Assembly: GCA_041743715.1 (NCBI GenBank) | Contig: JBGTMH010000080.1 | Coordinates: 8,529-72,528, forward strand | Origin: Patescibacteria group bacterium | GTDB lineage: Bacteria > Patescibacteriota > Microgenomatia > Levybacterales > UBA12049 | Reading direction: 5' to 3' | Length of the DNA stretch: 64,000 nt | Part shown: positions 1 through 9,700 of the stretch, piece by piece | Layout: each line of letters opens with the position of its first letter | Numbering within the stretch: the first letter of the stretch is position 1 | The notes under the pieces: generated by a model | Database searches by the model: none | What the model was told of the DNA's origin: nothing | The model's input: only the letters and a program-made list of their open reading frames with translations | Program-made: the position numbers and the translations under genes

Positions 1-784
1 TCGCACTCGTATAATATCGCAATGCAAATTTCCAGAATCTCCGAGAAAAATAAAGTAATCCAAAGGCAACAATAATAATAAGTGACATGTCAAAAAATGT
101 CGCTTTCTGTAACAGTGCTTTTGTGGGGATACTCACAACCAAAGTAAATGGAAGGAGTACGTAAAAAATAAGTATCTTAAATTCATTCAGTATTTGCGGT
201 GGATAGCGTGTTAATGTATCTACTGCATAGAGTGTCTCAACTAAATTATTTAAATCCGGATGCCAGATAGTAATTGTTAAGACAATAAACCATAGCGAAT
301 ACAAAATAGTGAGACCTAAAAACCCTAAGGCTATGAATTGTAATAAAGTCAAAAATGTTAAGCCTATACCTGTTTGCTGTAACATATAAAATGTAAAAAT
401 AACAGCCGCAACAACACGTACAACCCCATAAAAACTTATATACCAAAAACTGAGAGAAAACTGACTATCAAGCGGCTTCAGAAGCAATCCGTCTAATTCT
501 CCTCTTTGGATAATTTGTGCAAACCGATCAAAATTTTTCGAAAAGTACATGCGAAATAATCCACCAATCATTATATTAAATACACCAATTAAAATAAAAA
601 GCTCTTCTCTGCTCCAGCCAAAAACTGATGAACTTTTTGAAGTCAAGGCATAAATTGTAATGATAGAAAAAGCTGCCCATAAAAGACTGGATATCAAACC
701 ATTAAGAAAATCTATACGATAAATGGTAAACCGTATATAATTTAACTTTAAAAGTGTTTTATAAATCCTTATATATCGTTTCAT
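1..784 (-). CDS. ABC-2 family transporter permease, A-type paralog (partial: last ~3 codons and stop lie before window start)
   Basis: The minus-strand frame starts with ATG at 784-782, in an ATGA overlap with the stop of the 781..1575 gene, and reads MKRYIRIYKTLLKLNYIRFTIY. At nt 2-58 the same frame reads ...LLYFSRRFWKFALRYYTSA, colinear with the C-termini of the A-type paralogs 1577..2374 and 3161..3949 (...FWKFALRYYTSASS). The frame was checked only at both ends. The ORF track misses it because the stop is outside the window; the listed 246..446 ORF is in a different frame. Confidence 0.55.
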   Translation of the reverse strand, partial: MKRYIRIYKTLLKLNYIRFTIYRIDFLNGLISSLLWAAFSIITIYALTSKSSSVFGWSREELFILIGVFNIMIGGLFRMYFSKNFDRFAQIIQRGELDGLLLKPLDSQFSLSFWYISFYGVVRVVAAVIFTFYMLQQTGIGLTFLTLLQFIALGFLGLTILYSLWFIVLTITIWHPDLNNLVETLYAVDTLTRYPPQILNEFKILIFYVLLPFTLVVSIPTKALLQKATFFDMSLIIIVAFGLLYFSRRFWKFALRYYTSA

Positions 785-1575
785 TGTCCAACTGAGGCAA
801 ATTGCCTTAACACACTTCGCCATACTATCTTGTAGACGAAAGCAAAGCCCACCAACCAAGCTATCTGAATACCAATAACCTGTAGCATCATTGGGACAGA
901 CAACTGACCTAATAATGCAACAATGGGATAGTAAATTATGTAAGCAAAAGGAAGAGCATATGCGATGCTTTCAAGAATACCAGGCAAAAGGTTAATAGGG
1001 AGAATATAACCTGCAAATATGATAATAAGAATCGTCAATAATTCATTGAGCCCCCTAATATCAGTTGTTATAAATGAGAGAATGCCGACTATCATCTTGA
1101 ACGTAAACGAAATAAAATAAGCAAGAAGAAAAATAAGACAACAAAGCCCAATTTGAAACATTGAGAGTGGGGAGAAAATGGTTACTCCAAACACCATAGA
1201 TAAACCAACGCACAGTAAAATTCCCAAAACTCCTTGAAAAAAGCGATAGGGAATTTCAAAATAAAAATTTTGCCAGTAATAAGAAAATGGCTTTAATAAC
1301 CGACCATCTATCTGTCCCAATTCTATATCATCATGTAAAATTTTAACCTCAATATGTGTCATGAGTGTTGCAGCTGTCGCTACCAGCAAAAAATAATATG
1401 CACTGACACTCGGTAATGTCCAGTGTGAAAGACTACTATGTTCTTGAAAAACGCCGCGAATAAAAGCAAGATAAATTAAGGCTTCAACTAATGCAATAAA
1501 AAGCCATACTATCGAACGGCCCCGATGAGCCAGTAAATTTTGGAAATGAAGTAAAAAAATTCTAAAATACCGCAT
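781..1575 (-). CDS. ABC-2 family transporter permease, B-type paralog
   Basis: Polytopic hydrophobic protein of ~265 aa beginning MRYFRIFLLHFQ and ending ...RQFASVGQ. The start is set at the conserved MRYFRIF Met, 1 nt after the stop of the upstream A-type gene; the track's longer ORF would overlap that gene by 60 nt. Paralogous to 2377..3159. Confidence 0.6.
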   Translation of the reverse strand: MRYFRIFLLHFQNLLAHRGRSIVWLFIALVEALIYLAFIRGVFQEHSSLSHWTLPSVSAYYFLLVATAATLMTHIEVKILHDDIELGQIDGRLLKPFSYYWQNFYFEIPYRFFQGVLGILLCVGLSMVFGVTIFSPLSMFQIGLCCLIFLLAYFISFTFKMIVGILSFITTDIRGLNELLTILIIIFAGYILPINLLPGILESIAYALPFAYIIYYPIVALLGQLSVPMMLQVIGIQIAWLVGFAFVYKIVWRSVLRQFASVGQ

Positions 1576-1576
1576 A

Positions 1577-2374
1577 TTAACTACTTGCACTCGTATAATA
1601 CCGTAATGCAAATTTCCAGAATTGACGAGAAACGACAAAGAGCATCATGGAACAAATAATTGGCCAAATAATGTCACCCAATAATATTTTTTGTAACAGA
1701 ACTTTTGCTGGAGAGATAATAACAAGTGTTAGAGGGAAAAGGGTTATGAAAAGAAAGATACTCGCCCCTTTATACATTTCTGGAGGAAATCTTGTAATAT
1801 GATTTATTTCATACAACAAATTGACAAGATTCTCCAAATTAGTAAACCATAATGTTAGTGTCATCACAAAAAACCAGAATGAATAGAGAATAATAAGTGA
1901 CAGTATAAATAGTACGATAAAACCACCAATTGTCAGAAAGCTTAGAGTGATATGCATTTGCGATAACATATATGAAACAAACAATAATCCAACTATTAAC
2001 CGTATCGCGCTACCATATCCTATAAGCAAGCATGTCATAATAAATTGAGAATCTATGGGTTTCATGAGTACTGCATCTAATTTGCCGTAGTGAATGTTTT
2101 CGGAAAATTCATTAAAATTATGAGAAAACAAAATAAAGAAAACACTAATGAAGACATTATACATACCCGCAAGAAGTAATAATTCATCTCGTGTCCAGCC
2201 GAAAACATTTGGAGCTTTTGATGTCAAGAGAAGCATGCTCGTTATAATAAAAAGACTCCAAGCGAGATTTGCTCCAAAACTACTATAAAAATTTGCTCGA
2301 TAAGCCAACATTGTTGCAAAATTAAGCTTAATCAACATGCGATAAATCTTAAAATACTTCTTAATATTTCTCAT
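1577..2374 (-). CDS. ABC-2 family transporter permease, A-type paralog
   Basis: Hydrophobic 266-aa protein ending ...WKFALRYYTSASS, paralogous to 3161..3949. The start is set at MRNIKKYFKIYRM, just after the stop of 2377..3159. Confidence 0.6.
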   Translation of the reverse strand: MRNIKKYFKIYRMLIKLNFATMLAYRANFYSSFGANLAWSLFIITSMLLLTSKAPNVFGWTRDELLLLAGMYNVFISVFFILFSHNFNEFSENIHYGKLDAVLMKPIDSQFIMTCLLIGYGSAIRLIVGLLFVSYMLSQMHITLSFLTIGGFIVLFILSLIILYSFWFFVMTLTLWFTNLENLVNLLYEINHITRFPPEMYKGASIFLFITLFPLTLVIISPAKVLLQKILLGDIIWPIICSMMLFVVSRQFWKFALRYYTSASS

Positions 2375-2376
2375 CT

Positions 2377-3159
2377 TTATTGTCCCACCGCTGAATATTT
2401 TTTTATACCTGCATTCCAAACAATTTTATAGAGGAAAAAGAGCAACCCTATCCAAAGTGCTTGCATACCCAACACATGGAGCAACTCCTCAATCTTTAAT
2501 TTACCTTCAAATGCAAGGACCGGAAAATAAAGCATATACGAAAATGGCAAGAGGTACGTTACATTCGCAAGCCAACTTGGAAATAGCGAGAGAGGCATCA
2601 GGTAACCTGCAAAAATCATTAAGAAGGCATTAATTACATCAAACAAACCTCTCGCCTCAGTCATCCAAAAAGCAAAAAGTCCAACGATCATCTTGAATAA
2701 AAATGCAATGAAAAATCCACCAACAACGACAAAAACTCCTAGCAAGAGCAGTAACGGAGATTCTGTCAGGGAAAACATATTCGGGAATAATAAAAAAAGT
2801 ATAAGAAAAAATAGAACTCCAAAAATTCCTTGAATCAATCTATTCGGAAGTGCATAAAAAAATTTCATTCCTATATAAGAAAACGGCTTAAGAAGAAACA
2901 TGGTTAATTGTCCTTCATGAATATCTTTTCTGCCAATTTCCTCTTCGATATGCGTCATAATAAAAGCTCCCAGAATAATGATCAGGAAATAGTAGGAGGT
3001 AATCTGCTGCATACTCCAGTCAGGAATTGCACTTGCACCTCGCCAAAATAAAATCATCACAAGCGGTCCGACAAAGGTAAGCAGTAGCCAAACAAGCGAC
3101 CGCCCCCGTTGTTCAAATACATCCTGAAAATGAAGGAGAAAAATTCTAAAATACCGCAT
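2377..3159 (-). CDS. ABC-2 family transporter permease, B-type paralog
   Basis: Begins MRYFRIFLLHFQDVFEQRGRS and ends ...KKYSAVGQ, with ~6 predicted TM segments. Roughly 45% identical by eye to 781..1575. Confidence 0.6.
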   Translation of the reverse strand: MRYFRIFLLHFQDVFEQRGRSLVWLLLTFVGPLVMILFWRGASAIPDWSMQQITSYYFLIIILGAFIMTHIEEEIGRKDIHEGQLTMFLLKPFSYIGMKFFYALPNRLIQGIFGVLFFLILFLLFPNMFSLTESPLLLLLGVFVVVGGFFIAFLFKMIVGLFAFWMTEARGLFDVINAFLMIFAGYLMPLSLFPSWLANVTYLLPFSYMLYFPVLAFEGKLKIEELLHVLGMQALWIGLLFFLYKIVWNAGIKKYSAVGQ

Positions 3160-3160
3160 A

Positions 3161-3949
3161 TTAACTACTTGCACTATTATAATGTTTTATACCGAAGTAG
3201 AAAAACTTGTGTGCTGCAAAGAATAACATACCTCCCACGACAAATGAGAGGATTATAAATTCCCATGACAGATTTTTCACTAAAAATTGCGCTGGGAAAG
3301 TGAACATAATTGCAAGAGGGATGATAAAAGTCAAAATAAACCGAAGAGGTTCTTTATAAAATCCGATTGGATATCGTGCTCCTTCTGTAAATATATCATA
3401 CAGTTCCCAAAATGCTTTGAGTTCTATAATCCAAAAAGCCAAAGTAACTGCAATAATCATAATACTGTAAAGCATAAGAATACTGTTCACAATGAGCAGG
3501 CCACCAATGAGCACTTGTAAAAAAGTACGCTGCACATCGGCCTGGTGTAGGTAATACCCTATAATTCCAAATGCAATAAACACATTTGGGACACTCACAA
3601 GAAGAAGCTCTTTCAGGGACACTAAAAATTGCGTCGAAACAGGTCGCAGAAGAATATAATCAAGCGTTCCTAATCGAATGTATTCCGAAATCATGTTTAA
3701 GTTTCTTGAAAATAAAGCAAACCAAATCTCGTCAATAAGCATATAGACACCGAATAATACGAACGCTTCATTTTTGTTCCATCCAACAATAGTTGTTGTC
3801 TGTTGAAAGATAACAAGAAATCCTATATATGCGACAATAACCCATACCACGTATCGTGCTACATTTGCCAGAAAATCAAAACGATATTCCATCTCATTAA
3901 TAATTGAGAATTTAACTAAGTGATAATATAACGAAAGATACCGTATCAT
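3161..3949 (-). CDS. ABC-2 family transporter permease, A-type paralog
   Basis: Hydrophobic protein ending ...KHYNSASS. The start is set at MIRYLSLYYHLVKF, which overlaps the stop of 3946..4740 by 2 nt. Confidence 0.55.
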   Translation of the reverse strand: MIRYLSLYYHLVKFSIINEMEYRFDFLANVARYVVWVIVAYIGFLVIFQQTTTIVGWNKNEAFVLFGVYMLIDEIWFALFSRNLNMISEYIRLGTLDYILLRPVSTQFLVSLKELLLVSVPNVFIAFGIIGYYLHQADVQRTFLQVLIGGLLIVNSILMLYSIMIIAVTLAFWIIELKAFWELYDIFTEGARYPIGFYKEPLRFILTFIIPLAIMFTFPAQFLVKNLSWEFIILSFVVGGMLFFAAHKFFYFGIKHYNSASS

Positions 3950-4740
3950 TGCCCGAACCCTCCATAACGCCGCAAGCCTTTTTTCCACAATAATATATGC
4001 AGTCCATATAATATGCCAACCCAAAAACACTGCACGCCAATTCCGAACCATAAGTCAGTCCCTGTAACATGACCAAGAATAACATTAACCGGAAAACCTA
4101 AGAAATAATAGTAGGGTAAAAAGGTAAAAAAAGCTTCGGGAATCACCTTGGTTGCGTACTGTATTGGAAATAATCTTCCTGAAAAAAGAAGTGAAAGTCC
4201 CTCATTATAATCCCGCAGAGCGTTCACACTATTCGTCCAAAAACCTGCAAGTCCGATCACTTGAGAGATAAAAAATTTTATCATCCCGGCCAAAAAAACC
4301 GATACGAACGCAACCGGAATCGTCTGCCATACTGGTATCGTTAAATATGACTGGTAGATAAAATACAGTGGGATCAATGCAACGAGAGAAAACAATATTT
4401 TCCAAACTTTTTCACTGACATTGTTGGCCGCCATATACCTGATATATTCATACGGTTTGAGCAAAAACATAAGAAGCTCTCCCGTCCTGATACGATCTGC
4501 CAAAATACGACCATGCCAAGAACTAACCAACACATTAACAATAATTTGCACATAATAATACTGCACCAGATAGGAGGTATCCAGCGCTTCCCCACCTTTT
4601 GCTTCTGCAACAGTAACCCATACGTTCAGAAGCACCCAAGGAAGTACAATTGCATTCATGGTGAAGATAAAAACATCTCCACGATACTCACCGAATTTTT
4701 GGAATTCCATAAGCAGAAGCATTTTAAATTTGTTAAACAT
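3946..4740 (-). CDS. ABC-2 family transporter permease, B-type paralog (most divergent copy)
   Basis: Hydrophobic protein ending ...RRYGGFGQ. The start is chosen at the ATG at 4740 (MFNKFKMLLLMEFQKF, analogous to MRYFRIFLLHFQ in the paralogs), 16 nt downstream of the ATPase stop. The track ORF start at 4851 would overlap the ATPase by 95 nt. Confidence 0.5.
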   Translation of the reverse strand: MFNKFKMLLLMEFQKFGEYRGDVFIFTMNAIVLPWVLLNVWVTVAEAKGGEALDTSYLVQYYYVQIIVNVLVSSWHGRILADRIRTGELLMFLLKPYEYIRYMAANNVSEKVWKILFSLVALIPLYFIYQSYLTIPVWQTIPVAFVSVFLAGMIKFFISQVIGLAGFWTNSVNALRDYNEGLSLLFSGRLFPIQYATKVIPEAFFTFLPYYYFLGFPVNVILGHVTGTDLWFGIGVQCFWVGILYGLHILLWKKGLRRYGGFGQ

Positions 4741-4756
4741 ACGTATTGAGGCAACG

Positions 4757-5743
4757 TTAGACACGAGACGCTTTATTTGAGAAGACGTCGCGGATGATTT
4801 CTTCAATATTTGCTTCTTCGATATTAAGATCTTCCACGGGAAATGACTCAAGTAATTTGGCTGCTACATGATTAGACTTCTCCCGGGGCATAGAAATGAC
4901 TGCTCGTCTGTCTTCAAATTCGACGACTTTGCCGAGCTTTTCTAACTTTTCTTTGGCAACTGGTTTTTCAAAAATTACAGTAATTGACTTGTGTTTGGCA
5001 TATTTTTTGACAATATTCGAAAGACTCCCATCATAAAGCAACTTGCCATGATCAATAATGATGACGCGCTCACACAGCTGTTCGACGTCCTTCATATAAT
5101 GACTTGTCAGGATGATCGTCGCCTTGTAACGCTGATTATATGCTTTGATAAAGTCACGAAGCTTTTGCTGCATGACAACATCAAGACCGATGGTCGGCTC
5201 ATCGAGAAAAAGGAGTTTTGGGGTATGAATCAATGCCGCGATTAATTCACATTTCATCCGTTGACCCAAAGATAACTTGCGAACTTGCACCTGCAGTATA
5301 TCTTTAACATCCAATAATTCTGAAAGCTCGTCCACTGTTTTTTTATATCGTGCCCCTGGTATTTCATAAATTTCCTTATTGAGCAGAAATGAATCAATAG
5401 CAGGGAGATCCCACCACAGCTGGTTTTTTTGTCCCATAACGAGAGAAATTTGCTTGAGATATGGATGTTTCCTTTCAAAAGGTGTATAACCAAGCACATC
5501 GACCTTGCCGCTTGTCGGATACAAGAGTCCTGTCAGACATTTGAGGGTTGTTGTTTTCCCAGCCCCGTTAGGACCGATAAAACCTATGAGCTCCCCCTCC
5601 TCAATTTCAAATGAAATATCATCTACTGCCTTGGCATCATAATATTTTCTATTAAATAATGACTTAAGAGATCCTGTAAATCCGGCCTCTTTTTGATGAA
5701 CTTGATAGTATTTGGTGAGGTGCGATACGGAAATGACTGACAT
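4757..5743 (-). CDS. ABC transporter ATP-binding protein (first gene of the permease operon)
   Basis: Walker A GPNGAGKTT, ABC signature LSLGQRMK, Walker B LLFLDEPT and the H-loop TSHYM are present. It is 328 aa with a C-terminal extension typical of ABC-2 exporter ATPases. Confidence 0.9.
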   Translation of the reverse strand: MSVISVSHLTKYYQVHQKEAGFTGSLKSLFNRKYYDAKAVDDISFEIEEGELIGFIGPNGAGKTTTLKCLTGLLYPTSGKVDVLGYTPFERKHPYLKQISLVMGQKNQLWWDLPAIDSFLLNKEIYEIPGARYKKTVDELSELLDVKDILQVQVRKLSLGQRMKCELIAALIHTPKLLFLDEPTIGLDVVMQQKLRDFIKAYNQRYKATIILTSHYMKDVEQLCERVIIIDHGKLLYDGSLSNIVKKYAKHKSITVIFEKPVAKEKLEKLGKVVEFEDRRAVISMPREKSNHVAAKLLESFPVEDLNIEEANIEEIIRDVFSNKASRV

Positions 5744-5833
5744 AAGTAAAAAGTCAAAAGACGTTAATCAAATTATAGCAAAACGAAGCCCCTCATGGTT
5801 GAGAAACTTCTTTGTCAGCGAGATACAAAACTC

Positions 5834-6106
5834 TTACCGTACTGCTTTCTTAAGTGTTTTACCCGCTGTAAAACCAGGAGCTTTTCGTGCGGAAAGCGTA
5901 ATGGCTGCACCTGTCTTGGGATTGCGTCCTGTACGCTGCTGTCTACTTCTGACGCTAAAGGTACCAAATCCAGTCAATACGACTTTTTCTCCGCGTTTGA
6001 GAGAATCACGAATGGTATTAAGCGAAGTTTGGACAGCATCACGGGCTGCTTTATTTGTAAGATTGGCCTTTTTGGCAACAACTTCAATGAGATCTTTTTT
6101 AGTCAA
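5834..6106 (-). CDS. hup: HU family DNA-binding protein
   Basis: 90 aa reading MTKKDLIEVVAKKANLTNKAARDAVQ...GFGTFSVRSRQQRTGRNPKTGAAITL, which matches the HU/IHF beta-arm consensus. Confidence 0.9.
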   Translation of the reverse strand: MTKKDLIEVVAKKANLTNKAARDAVQTSLNTIRDSLKRGEKVVLTGFGTFSVRSRQQRTGRNPKTGAAITLSARKAPGFTAGKTLKKAVR

Positions 6107-6335
6107 AGAAACTCACCCCCTCCCGTATAAATTCCAAGAGACAAAATCATGCGATTAGATTAACAATACAAGGAAAATGATGAGTTGTCAAGTATTTTAT
6201 GGTTCTGAAAAAATTGCTGTGGCAGGTACTGATTATCTACGGAAGAAGCCGCCAAAAATTTGAGATAAAAGTTGGTTTATATGATGGACCCAATAAACTA
6301 GACACTATCCGTAGACTAAGTTAGTATAGTTTGAT

Positions 6336-6551
6336 ATGGTTCAAAACATAAGGAGAATACACTCACCGGCATTTAAAGCAAAGGTAGCATTGGAAGCAAT
6401 CAAGGAGCAAAAGACAATAGCTAAGTTGGCAAGTCTGTATAGTGTTCATCCAACACAGATAACAAAATGGAAGAAGAAAGCACTTGAGATATTGTCACAG
6501 GGATTTTCAGAGGAAAAGCTTAGTCTAAATTTTGCCGATTTATTGTCTTGA
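6336..6551 (+). mobile_element. IS3-family-type transposase OrfA (HTH_Tnp_1) N-terminal fragment; IS remnant
   Basis: 71 aa reading ...HSPAFKAKVALEAIKEQKTIAKLASLYSVHPTQITKWKKKALEILSQGF, the typical N-terminus of IS3-type OrfA. It stops after ~70 aa with no leucine-zipper or OrfB continuation in any frame downstream. Confidence 0.5.
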
Positions 6552-6723
6552 CAATGGGGTCCACCTTAGAAACTCCTTTTTGTAAAAAGTCTAAGGGAAG
6601 AAGCCGCGTACTTAATTAGTTGTTTTCTGTCCATTGAATTTTTTTTATATTATAAAATTTTATTGTACTGTCAATCTATCAATAGCATGCGTAAGGACAA
6701 TACTGAATCGTTACGTTAATGAC

Positions 6724-9700
6724 TTATGGAGTTATTGTCCACGTTCCAAATGATTTGAAGGCACTACATGCTGCTCCACCCTGTACATCAGCTGACTTTT
6801 TCGGACCTGTCCCAACTGTCGTCCCGAGGAGAAAATTGTTTCTGAGATAATACATTTTTGCGTCTGTTCCGATAGTTGCACCAAATTGACTATTTGCCTG
6901 ACTGTCATTGTACCAAAGCCTCGCTGTCCCAAGTGGACTCAGAGAGCCAGTACAGGTGGTTCGTGCATATACTTTGATACTCAATTTTGATCCTTGTGGA
7001 AAATCAACTGGGGTGAATGTATTAAAAGGAATTGTCTGTAACTTTGCACTTGAAAATCCACCAAAGCCTACTAATCCTAGATTAACACTATTAATCTGTC
7101 CTGAACTGACTAACGTTGTATCTTTATACGCCTCAGCCTTCAGATCAAACTTTGCTCCTGCTCCGAAAATACCACCGAGTCCTACCCATACTTTTGTAGG
7201 ATTCAAAGACGTAAGTTTGTTTGGTTGATTCTCCTCAACGATAGCAAAGGGTGAAAGAGAGGAGGAAATGCCGACTATTTCATACGTAAATGTACCAGCG
7301 TCAATAAGCGTACTTGTTTGGGTTATATCTTCCCACCCAGAACCGTCATTGTGGAGAAGTCTCGGATCCTGGATTGCATCTTCACCTATATAATGCACGG
7401 TGACAGTGACCGGCCCCGTATATGTTGCTGTTGTTGTTATGTTATAAAACGTATTGAGTGTGCTATATCGTGGCGGTATGGGGCCGTCAGGATTGGAGTC
7501 TAACTCTTCGATCAGGACATAGCCAGGTGAAGTTACCTCACTGAATGAAACGGTGGTATTGCCGATCGTAACTGTCTCTTGCCCGGGTGAAACCTGTGCG
7601 GCATGCACGGTACTGCTGATAGTAAATGTTTGGGTCTTATGCGGTGTTTCTTCAAGTCCGGTATTGTCAACGGACCAGTAGATGATCGTATGTTCTCCTG
7701 CATCGGAGACGGTAAACGGCCCGGTATATGGTTGCTGAGCATTGCTGTCGATTTGATAGTAGGTGTCCTCAACACTAAAGCCTGATGCTGCTGATGCGGA
7801 AAGCGTTACCTGTACTGGATCAGGGTACTCGCCATTCTCAAGAGCGCTTGGGGCTATGTTTGCTGTGGTCGTTGGCTCGTCGTGTGGCGCGGGTGTCGGA
7901 GTTATAGTTGGAGTAGGCGTATTCGTAGGTGGAAATTTAGAATAAAGTTCTGCTGATGCAAGATTGGTACCATTGCTATTTCCTCCTACTGCTAATACTT
8001 GATCATCCGATAATAGTACAGTACTATGATAAACTCGTGCAACATTCATTGGTGTGGTTAGTGACCAAACACCACCGACAGGATCATATAGCTCCGAAGA
8101 AGCAAGTTGTGTCTGTGATATATCTGCAGTAGATCCTCCCGCAACAAGAACACGACCATCTGAAAGCAAGGTAGAGGTCGTATAACGTCGACCAGTATTT
8201 AAGTTTCCAGATGCTGTCCATATTCCAGTAGCTGGGTCATAGAGTTCTGTTAGTGAGGAGGGTGACATTGTTGAACCAACAACAAGCACTTTACCATTGT
8301 TAAGACGAGTCAATGTATGTTCTACTCGTCCTCTTTGCGTAGAACCGGTTTGTGTCCAAGTTCCTGTATTTGGATCATATAATTCTGCGGATAATGCTGT
8401 TGCGGAGGTAGGTCCTCCATTACCTCCGGAAACAAGCACTTTTCCATCTGCAAGGAGAACAGCCCGATGAAAGTAACGAGGTGAACTCATCGAGCCTGTT
8501 AGTGTCCAGGTTTCAGTAGTTGGATCATATATCTCAGATGAAGCGTGCTCAACGCTGATGTTATTAACAATATCATATCCTCCTGCTGCTAATACCCTTC
8601 CATCAGAAAGCAATGTTATTGTAGGTTGCGTACGAGGAACATTCATAGATCCCGTGTACGTCCATGCTCCAGTAGTAGGATTATATAACTCAGCAGCGGC
8701 AAGAACACCTCCATTATCATAACCATAACCTCCTGCAAGGAGCACTTTCCCATTAGCGAGAGTGACTGCTGTGGGAAAATCATTGCGTGCTATATTTACT
8801 GAACCCGTCGCATTCCATACACCAGTTGTTGAATCATAGAGGTCTGTAGTCGTAGTCGCCAGGACATTGCTACTTCCTGTAACAAGTACTTTGTCATTTT
8901 GTAATAAGGCTATTGCAAAACCAGCACGCGATTCATTCATAGAGCCTGTGTACGTCCAGGTTGGATTTGGCGTAAGTGCAGTATAAAGTTCTGCTGTTGC
9001 TAAATGGCGGCCAGAAGTATTTCCTCCGACTGCCAACACTCTATCGTTTGATAATAATATCGCTTCATGGTAAAATCGTGCATCACTAAGGGATGCCGTA
9101 TTTGTCCACGTATCGCTTACAGGATCATACAGCTCAGCAGAAGTGAGATAAAAAGGAGTACCACTATTGCCTGATCCTCCAGTAGCAAGAACACTACCGT
9201 CAGAAAGCAAGGTTGCAGTATGCAAACGTCGCTTATTATTTAAGTCTCCCGCGGCTGTCCATGTACCTGTCACGGGATCATACAATTCTGTTGATGCAAA
9301 GTCGTCACCACCTATATAGCCGCCAACAAGAAGTACTTTCCCATTTGCAAGCAGCGTCGATGTATGTTCGAAACGAGGTGATGTGATAGATCCGGTTGGT
9401 GACCAAGTGCCTGTCGCGGGATCATAAATCTCGGCTGAAGTACGATAGACAAAGGAAGAGCTAGGATTGTCTCTATACGCTCCTCCAACCACTAACACCT
9501 TCCCATCAGAAAGTACTGTCGCTGTGTGTCTGGAGCGTGATGCATTCATGGATCCAGTTGGTGACCATGTATCTGTACTCGGATCATATATCTCTGCTGT
9601 GGAATAGGATAGTTGGTTTGATCTCTCGCCTCCTGTTACTAATATCTTTCCACCAGCAAGGACTGTGGCAGTAGCATATATGCGAGGTTCTGGCATAGAT

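Noticed and set aside
246-446. 66-aa ORF reported by the track at the window start
   Set aside because: It is in a different frame from the A-type permease paralog, which reads open through the same region and matches its paralogs at both ends. It is an overlapping spurious ORF.
3287-3520. Plus-strand small ORFs inside the permease/ATPase operon (3287..3520, 4513..4749, 4991..5245, 5429..5614, 5712..6158, 5795..6130)
   Set aside because: They are antisense to well-supported CDSs (permeases, ABC ATPase, HU), have low-complexity composition and lack homologs.
6732-6932. Small same-strand alternate-frame ORFs inside the CTD-coding segments (6732..6932, 12404..12700, 46144..46389) that share the string HVV.SNHLERGQ
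   Set aside because: Their conservation simply mirrors the nucleotide conservation of the CTD-coding repeat. They overlap the true reading frame and have no start context.
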